A stretch of DNA of 56,586 bases, taken from contig DWUV01000073.1 in the NCBI GenBank assembly GCA_019120595.1, positions 1-56,586 on the forward strand. Direction: 5' to 3'. Below, piece after piece: positions 20,101 through 27,800 of this stretch (position 1 is the stretch's first letter; each line of letters begins with the position of its first letter). The translations under genes were made by a program, and so were the position numbers. The notes under the pieces are model-generated. The model made no database searches. It worked only from the letters and a program-made list of their open reading frames with translations, and was not told where the DNA came from. The stretch is from Candidatus Mediterraneibacter tabaqchaliae (GTDB lineage Bacteria; Bacillota; Clostridia; Lachnospirales; Lachnospiraceae).

Positions 20101-22180
20101 GCAGGGTGCGCCGGAGTCCGTGGTGAACGCGCGGCCGGCAGAAAATATCAGCGCTGCGTCAACATGGGGCAACGCGGTGATCGACTACGATAAGGAAGAC
20201 CTGGAGAAAGCGGCGGCCCTCCTGCTGGAGGATTATGATATCCTGAAAGACAGCGAGGGATACCAGTATGACCTGGCGAATGTGCTGGAACAGGTACTCT
20301 CCAACTCTGCCCAGGAATATCAAAAGGCAATGGTAAGGGCTTATCAGGCAGGAGATCTGGAGCAGTTCACGCAGATATCGGATACCTTCTTATCTCTGAT
20401 CGATATGGTGGAGAAGGTAACAGGGACCCAGGAGAAATTCATGGTAGGTACCTGGATCGAGCAGGCAAAAGGCCTTGCGGACAATGCCGATGAATTTACA
20501 AAAGAACTGTATGAATTCAACGCGAGATCCCTGATCACGACCTGGGGAAGCATCAACCAGGCGAATTCCGGCGGACTGCATGATTACTCCAACAGACAGT
20601 GGTCGGGCCTGACAGAGGATTATTATAAGCCGCGCTGGGAGAAATGGATCGAGGAGCGCAAGAAAGACTTAAGCGGCGGAGACGGACAGGACTTCACGAG
20701 CGCCCAGTGGTTTGAGATGGAGTGGGAGTGGGCAAACAGCAACAATGAATACCCCACAGAGCCGAACGGGCTGGATCTCAGGGAACTGGGAGAAGAGGTG
20801 CTGGCGGATTACTCTGTGACAGGAGTCCCGAAGGACCCGGCGGAAGATGATTCCAGAGACCTTGCGATGGACGGCTGGCAGGTGACGGCAGGCAGCGAGC
20901 AGAGCACCAGCGGCTCCGAGGGACCTGCGTCCAACCTCATCGACAACAATACAACGACCATCTGGCATTCTGACTGGAACGGCACAGAGAGGGAAAACCT
21001 GTGGGTCAACATCCATCTTCCGGAACCGGCAAAGGCGGACGGCCTGCGGTATCTGCCGCGCACGAGCGGTTCCAATGGAATCATCACAGGGTATGTGATC
21101 GAAGTCAGCAGCGACAACGGGCAGACATACCGTGAAGTGGCATCCGGGACATGGGCAAATTCAAACAGCTGGAAGACGGTGTCCTTTGATGAAGAGACTG
21201 TTACGGATGTGCGCCTGAAGGCATCCGCATCCGTTACGGACAGTTCCGGCAATAACTACGCGTCAGGAGCGGAGATCCGCCTGACCGGAAGCGCGGAGGA
21301 AGAGCCTTCCGAACCGGTGAGCAAGGCAACCCTGGAATACTTCCTGAACAAAGCGAAAGGGTATGTGGAGGACGGCACAGTCAGCGGACTGGTGGAGTCC
21401 ATCCAGAAGATGTTCGCAGACGCGATCGCAAAGGGCGAGGCAGTGATGGCGGATGAGAACGCCACAAGAGAAGAAGTGCTGGATGCGGCGGCGGACCTGA
21501 TGTTCGCGGTCCATGCGCTGGATATGAAGGCAGCGGACAAGACAGACCTTGAGATGGCGCTGGAGCTGGCTGGAATGATCGACCTGAGCCAATATGTAGA
21601 AGCCGGACAGGCAGAGTTCCTTGCGGCGAAAGATGCGGCTGAGGCAGTGATGGCGGACGGCGATGCATTGCAGGCAGAGACAGACGAAGCATGGAACACC
21701 CTTGTCGAGGCGATGGACGCGCTCCGGCTGAAAGCGGACAAATCCGTGCTGGAGGATCTGGTCAGCCAGATGGAAGAACTGGATCTGAGCGGATATACCG
21801 AGGAGAGCGTAAGCGTGTTCCGCGCGGCGTTCGCGGCGGCAAATGCAGTCCTTATCGATGAGGCGCTGAGCGCGGATGACCAGGCGGAAGTGGATGAAGC
21901 AGTGAATGCGCTCCGGGAGGCGTATGACGGGCTGGAGAAGACGCAGAGCGGCGAGCCGGAGGATCCGGGAACTGGCAGCGGTGACGCGGACGATTCGCAG
22001 GATCCGGGAAGCAATCCGGGAAGCGGCGATGCGGATGGTACGCAGACGCCGGACGGAGACAGCGGCGCAGCGAAAGCGGCGAAGACCGGGGATGCAGCTC
22101 CGGTCGCGGCGGCAGCCCTTATGCTTACATTATCCGCAGGCGCGGTCCTGCTTGTAATGAGAAAAAGAGCGGGGAAATAA
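17156..22180 (+). pseudogene. Cell-wall-anchored GH89 alpha-N-acetylglucosaminidase (AgnC-like, several CBM32/F5/8-C) interrupted by one in-frame TAG at 17354-17356
   Basis: ORFs 17156-17356 and 17492-22180 are in the same frame; reading through gives ...MFDGNL*TIWSP..., an F5/8-C DGxxxTxW motif. GH89 motifs RYAYNYCTLSY, ELDWLALNG, TDPYHEGG, GITPE; AAKTGD tail. Confidence 0.85.
21319..21940 (+). repeat. Shared C-terminal stalk module, copy 4 of 5
   Basis: SKATLEYFLNKAKGYVEDG...AYDGLEK. Confidence 0.9.
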
Positions 22181-22257
22181 ACTCATATAAAAATAAAAAA
22201 ACTTACACACTTTACTTGACAAACTCCCCGGCTGACAGATCTGAAGAAAGACAAGAT

Positions 22258-22302
22258 GAAAAAACAGAGAGGCGGCGCTATTGCGCCGTCCCTCTGTTTT
22301 TC
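22258..22302. terminator. Bidirectional terminator between convergent GH89 and rpn genes
   Basis: GAAAAAACAGAGAGGCGGCGC-TATT-GCGCCGTCCCTCTGTTTTTC, with A/T runs on both sides. Confidence 0.8.
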
Positions 22303-22326
22303 AGGTACATGTTTTTATGGATCCTT

Positions 22327-22737
22327 TTAAGAATCTTGCGGCTCCTGCTGCAGCTCATCCGCAATCGAAGCGATCAGCTGCGGGTCCTCACCCAGCAGGT
22401 CTGCAATCTCAGCAGGAGACATCCCGCGGCGTAACATTTTTTGAGTATATTCTTTCGCTTTTTGCCGAAATCCCTGCTCCAAACCTTGTTCTAAACCTTG
22501 TGCCAACCCCTGTTCTAAACCCTGTGCCAACCCCTGTTTAATGCCCTGCTGAAGTCCCTGCTCTAAGCCCTGTGCCAATCCCTGCTCTAACCCCAGCTCC
22601 TGTGCACTGTCCATCAGGCAGTTGTAGTCGCGGACCGCCTTTTCACGGGCCTCGTACTCCAGGCGTTTCCGCTCGTCCGCGCTGAGTTTTTCCAGTTCAC
22701 TGAATGCTTCATGGATATATTTATCTGACTCTGCCAT
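22327..22737 (-). CDS. Putative internally initiated small Rpn protein (RpnS-like, 136 aa, in frame)
   Basis: Intragenic AGGGAGGA (GGAGG at 22753-22749) 11 nt before in-frame ATG of MAESDKYIHEAF. Confidence 0.5.
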   Translation of the reverse strand: MAESDKYIHEAFSELEKLSADERKRLEYEAREKAVRDYNCLMDSAQELGLEQGLAQGLEQGLQQGIKQGLAQGLEQGLAQGLEQGLEQGFRQKAKEYTQKMLRRGMSPAEIADLLGEDPQLIASIADELQQEPQDS

Positions 22738-23307
22738 TTCTCTAAAATCCTCCCTGGTCTTCCCATTAAAGAACCTCATCCAGCGGGTGATGCTGTCCTC
22801 GTTACGGACTTTTTTAGGCAGTTTCCGAAGCTCCAGGATATGGAGTTCCATCAGATCCGTATAGAGTTTCCCGGTTTTGGTATCGCAGAGAGAAATCTTG
22901 TGGTAGCATTTTTTATCTTCAGGAAAATGGACAAAGTCCAGGAGGCTCACATGGATACATTTTTTCAGCTTATTGTAGGAATCGCCCTTTTTCAGCTGCC
23001 CGGCATACATCCGGCAGAGATAGAACAGCACGCGGTTCGTCCAGTACGGGAAATACACGACCTGCATTTCCATATCGATCTGAGTGCCGTCCCTGAGAAG
23101 TACTGCCACATCCAGGACGCCCAGCTTATCGTCGCTGTATTCAGCGGGCAGGATCGTGGGCAGCAGTGTGGTTTCCTGGATCTCTTCCGGCTTTCTGCCG
23201 AGGAGCGCTGCGATGAATCCTTTTCTTACTTTTTCATTCTGCATCAATTCCTTGAAACAGAAATCCACTGTGGGAAGCATTATGAAATTGTTGGTTGTCT
23301 GTGCCAT
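22327..23307 (-). CDS. Rpn family recombination-promoting nuclease / putative transposase (PD-(D/E)XK_2)
   Basis: Motifs PTVDFCFKEL, KLGVLDV, IDMEMQ, RVLFY, LHILELRKL; C-terminal GLEQ-type repeats and short HTH (GMSPAEIADLLG). Confidence 0.9.
   Translation of the reverse strand: MAQTTNNFIMLPTVDFCFKELMQNEKVRKGFIAALLGRKPEEIQETTLLPTILPAEYSDDKLGVLDVAVLLRDGTQIDMEMQVVYFPYWTNRVLFYLCRMYAGQLKKGDSYNKLKKCIHVSLLDFVHFPEDKKCYHKISLCDTKTGKLYTDLMELHILELRKLPKKVRNEDSITRWMRFFNGKTREDFREMAESDKYIHEAFSELEKLSADERKRLEYEAREKAVRDYNCLMDSAQELGLEQGLAQGLEQGLQQGIKQGLAQGLEQGLAQGLEQGLEQGFRQKAKEYTQKMLRRGMSPAEIADLLGEDPQLIASIADELQQEPQDS
22462..22593 (-). repeat. 12-bp coding tandem repeat, 11 units G[LIF]xQ, in the rpn C-terminus
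   Basis: GLEQ GLAQ GLEQ GLQQ GIKQ GLAQ GLEQ GLAQ GLEQ GLEQ GFRQ. Confidence 0.9.
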
Positions 23308-23414
23308 AGACGTTTCTCCTTTCTGTGCTGTAACTGTGTTTCACGGAGACGCGCTTTTGCTGCGCCACCTCCTGCAAATGCAGCTCCATACAGAAACGGA
23401 TCCGGCCTGAGTTT

Positions 23415-23442
23415 ATTTTATCATATCTCCCTGAGGTGTAAA
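23415..23442 (-). promoter_or_regulatory. Sigma-A promoter of rpn
   Basis: TTTACA-N16-TAAAAT with extended TG. Confidence 0.55.
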
Positions 23443-23682
23443 GGAGAATCTGTTTTCCGGGGGCTTTTCTGTATGGGGTTGAGCTCATGCTGCTTCATTA
23501 TCGGGGTATCATCTGGAATACAGATCCGAAAATGAGATTTGGAATAAAAGACTGTCTTTTTGTGTACATGCAGGATATCACAGGATGCCATAAAGCGCAA
23601 TACAATGACAGAAATCATTGCATTTATCGTAACAGAACAGTTCAGTCATCGGGCTGAACTGTTACCATTTATCTAGAAAATA

Positions 23683-23746
23683 CGACAAAAAGCATAATAA
23701 TATGTCGGAATAAAACAGAACAAAACGGTTCGTTTTCGTGTATAAT
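23683..23746 (+). promoter_or_regulatory. Promoter of AraC-GH95 unit with CGACA-N15-TGTCGG putative activator site
   Basis: ATGTCGG at 23702, TATAAT at 23741-23746. Confidence 0.55.
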
Positions 23747-23890
23747 AAACAAAATATCTGAAAAAAAGACAAGGATTCGAAAATAATCAATTTTCAAAAA
23801 GTTATCTAAATTATATGATACGAATGGAGTTCTGTAAGTAAGAATGGATCAGGATACCGGCAGGTTTTCAAGGAAGGGGGAAAGGGAAAA

Positions 23891-24796
23891 ATGAATTTGT
23901 TTTACAGTCCTGACATTCACTTTATGATCGAAAATGTTTCTTTTTCTGTATCGAATATCGCGCGCGAACAGTTTATGACTCCTGTGCCGCGGCATGTCCA
24001 CGGCAATGGCAGTTATGAGTTCCACTATATCGCTTCCGGCTATGGGACAGCGCGGATCAACGGCAGCATCTATAAGCTGGTCCCGGGGACTCTTTATGTG
24101 ACCGGACCGCAGGTTGAGCATGAGCAGATCCCGTATCTTGATAATCCGATGACAGAATATGCCGTGTTTTTTGTGATCCAGAAAGAAACCATGGATCTCT
24201 CCTGTGTGGATCAGTTCCTGGAGACCCCGTTCTGGATGGGGGAGAATGCGTCCGCTATCCACGACCTTCTTCAGATCGTGTTTGAGGAACTGCAGGACAA
24301 ACAGGCAGGTTACCTTACCCAGGTATCAGCCCTGCTCCAGCAGATGGTCATTTATCTGATCCGCAACTACCAGATCCCGCGTCCGGGCAATATCGCCGGA
24401 ATGCGGACGGGAAATCTCTATGAAAAGAGAGCGTTTCTTACAGATAAGGCGTTTCTCTATGAATACCGTGAGGTGACTCTTGCCAGGCTCTCCGAATATC
24501 TGGGGCTGAGCGAACGGCAGACAGAGAGATTCCTGAAGGAATATTACGGCAAGACATTTGCTCAGAAAAGGACAGATGCAAGGATGTCGGCAGCATGTAT
24601 TTTTCTGAAGAATGAGGAACCTGACTTGTATGATATCGCGGAAAAGACAGGGTACAGATCGATTGATTATTTTGTCAATGCATTTAAAAAATATTTTCAG
24701 ATAACGCCAAAGCGCTATGTGCAGCTTTATCAGGAAGGAGGCGAGAAGGCAGTCGAGTATCTGCATGTGCCGCAGGACGCCGGCTTTCCCATATAG
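23891..24796 (+). CDS. AraC family transcriptional regulator with N-terminal cupin domain
   Basis: Cupin PRHVH..YEFHY..G.G; C-terminal LGLSERQTERF and IAEKTGYRSIDYFVNAFKKYFQITP. Confidence 0.93.
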   Translation: MNLFYSPDIHFMIENVSFSVSNIAREQFMTPVPRHVHGNGSYEFHYIASGYGTARINGSIYKLVPGTLYVTGPQVEHEQIPYLDNPMTEYAVFFVIQKETMDLSCVDQFLETPFWMGENASAIHDLLQIVFEELQDKQAGYLTQVSALLQQMVIYLIRNYQIPRPGNIAGMRTGNLYEKRAFLTDKAFLYEYREVTLARLSEYLGLSERQTERFLKEYYGKTFAQKRTDARMSAACIFLKNEEPDLYDIAEKTGYRSIDYFVNAFKKYFQITPKRYVQLYQEGGEKAVEYLHVPQDAGFPI

Positions 24797-24857
24797 ACGG
24801 GGCGGATAAAGACGGACAGGCGGTAAAGTTTCATAAAGTGAATGAATGGAGGAAACT

Positions 24858-27800
24858 ATGAAAAAAAGAAAAAAACGCATCATCAGTATGGCTGCGGCGC
24901 TGACAATGGTGCTGACGGCAGCGCCGGTGTACGGAACGCCGGCCAGAGCGGCTGAAAACGATAGGGCAGGGGAAGAGAAGCCCCTGAAGCTGCAGTATTT
25001 TTCACCCGCTGACAAGGGATCCAGTGAGAGGAACAACTGGGAGCGCTGGGCGCTTCCTCTGGGAAACGGGCATATGGGGGCCATGGTATTCGGGCGTACG
25101 GAGACAGAGCGGATCCAGCTCAATGAGAAGACGCTCTGGTCCGGCGGCACGGGCGGAACAGACAACGCAGAGGGCGGAGAGTATGATACCCGGGATCCGC
25201 AGAGCGATGCCTATGGAAATGTAGGCGCTTACGGGAGCGGAGCAATGGGATCCTATATTGACTTTCTGTTCGATGAGTTCTACAGCGGGTCGACCGCGGG
25301 AAACGGACCGGCACAGAGCGGGGATATGAAGATCCTTCCGAATAACAGGTCCGCCCTGGGAGATTACCAGAATTTCGCGGAGATGTACATTGACTTTGAC
25401 CAGCCGACGGAGGAAACGGAAAATTACGTGAGGGAGCTTGACCTGAGGACCGCTCTTTCGACAGTATCCTATGATTATAATGATGTACATTATACAAGGG
25501 AAATGTTTGCTGATTATCCGGACAATGTACTCGTATACCGCGTGACTGCGGACGAGGAGGGCAGCATTGACCTGACGCTGCACCCGGAGATCGCGGATCT
25601 GGGCACAACGAGCGGCGGGCATTCCAAGAAGGTGACAAAAGAAGGGACCGTTGTGGCGGATGAAGAGAGCAAGACCATCACAATGGAGGGCACGATCACG
25701 AATAATAATATGAAATTCGCGGGGAAATTCCGGATCGAAAATGAAGGCGGCACAGTGACCGCCGATAATTCAGACCCGGCGAAAGGGTCCCTGACCGTGA
25801 CGGATGCGGACAGTGTAGTCATCTATGTGGCGCTGGCTACGAATTATAAGAACGAATTCCCGGATTACCGCCAGGCGGACGCGGACTACGCGGCGAAAGA
25901 CGTCACAGAGCGGATCGACAATGCTTCCGAGAAAAAATATGACGCTCTGCTTGAGTCGCATCTGGAGGATTATCAGGAACTGTTTGCCAGAGTGGAGCTG
26001 GACCTGGGCGGCACTTATAACGCGGACGAAGAGACGGATCAGCTGCTTTCTGCATGGAACAGCAATTCCTCAAAAGGAACCCAGAACCATTACCTGGAAG
26101 AACTGTATTTCCAGTACGGCAGATATATGCTGATCGCTTCTTCCAGAGGCGATACACTGCCGAGCAATCTCCAGGGGATCTGGAATGACCGCGCGTTTGC
26201 GGACTGGCAGTCAGATTACCATACGAATATTAATCTGCAGATGAACTACTGGCCGGCGTATTCTACAAATCTGGCGGAGATCGGGGAATCCCTGAACAGC
26301 TATGTTGAGTCCCTGACAGAGCCGGGACAGCTGACCGCGCAGAAGCTGTTCGGCACGACCGGGGATGCCTGGATGGTAAACTGCAGCGCCAATGCGCTTG
26401 GGTTTACCGGAAATATCAATTCCAACGCATCGCTTGCGCCGACGGCAAATGCATTTATCCTTCAGAATGTGTATGACTATTATCAGTATACACAGGATAA
26501 AGAGACCCTGGAAAATGAACTGTACCCGGTGATGAAGGGAGCGTGCGATTTCTTCCTCCAGGTGCTTCAGGGCGGACGCACAGAGGCGGATCAGGACAAG
26601 CTGTATATGGTCCCGTCTTATTCTTCCGAGCAGGGTCCGTGGACAGTGGGCGCGATGTTTGACCAGCAGCTGATCTATCTGCTGTTCGCGGATACACTGG
26701 ATGCTTCCGAAGAGCTGGGGATCAGCAATGAGTTCACACAGCAGCTTGAGGATACGATGGAGAGACTCTATCCGGTCAATATCGGCGAGAGCGGACAGAT
26801 CAAGGAATGGCAGCAGGAAGGCGCGTACAACCGGTATGAAGGGACAAACACAAAGATCGGCGACGACGCCCACCGCCATAATTCCCAGCTCATGGCGCTC
26901 CATCCGGGAAATCTGATCACAACAGAGACGCCGGAACTGTTGGAAGCTGCCAAGACAACGCTGGAACTGCGCGGCGACGGAGCGACGGGCTGGTCCATGG
27001 GACAGAAATTTAACATGTGGGCAAGACTCCAGGACGGCAACCATGCGTATGACAAGCTGTTTAAGAATCTGATGAAGAACGGCACGGCTACGAATCTCTT
27101 TGACCTGCACCCGCCGTTCCAGATCGACGGAAACTTCGGCGCTACAGCGGGCATCGCGGAGCTGCTGCTCCAGAGCCATGCAGGCTACGTATCGATCCTG
27201 CCCGCGCTCCCGGATGAGCTGGCGGACGGCTCTGTGAGCGGTCTTGTAGCGGAAGGCAACTTTGTGGTGGACATCAGCTGGAGCGGGAAAGAGATCACGC
27301 ATCTTGAGATCACTTCCAGGAGCGGGAACGAGCTTTCCCTGAAAGCCGGAGCTGTGGAAAAGATCATTGATACAGCATCCGGCGCGGAAGTGACAGATGT
27401 GACGCAGGATTCCAACGGAGCGGTCACATTTGCTACGGAAGCAGGGCATACATATCAGGTTATTCCGGGTGAAGAGCAGTCCATGGAAAAGGCGGAGAGG
27501 GCAGTTGAGGAGATTCGGGAAAAGGACATCGTATCCTGTGAGTATACAACAGAGACAGGAGAAGAATTCTCAGAAGCGCTCCTTGCCTGCGAGAGGATGA
27601 TCGAGCAGGGCAATTACATGGTATCAGGCGTAGATAAAGCGGTGGACCGTCTGGTCAGGGCAGAGGAGGCACTTGAACTGCGCGAAGGCGATGCTTACAA
27701 AGCAGCAGCGGGACTCCGTTTCCTGGAAAATGCGGCAGAAGTCAATTACACCGGCACAGATACCGAGGACACCTGGCGCCAGCAGATCGAATATGACAGG

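Noticed and set aside
11738-22593. Short tandem repeats as a CRISPR array
   Set aside because: They are in-frame coding repeats of 12-15 bp with no unique spacers and no cas genes.
22327-23307. Rpn gene as an IS element
   Set aside because: No terminal inverted repeats or target-site duplication seen; the family is not shown to transpose.
23636-23665. Hairpin AACAGTTCAGTC..GGCTGAACTGTT and its 14-bp match near 32913
   Set aside because: Only two short occurrences; cannot be told from chance.
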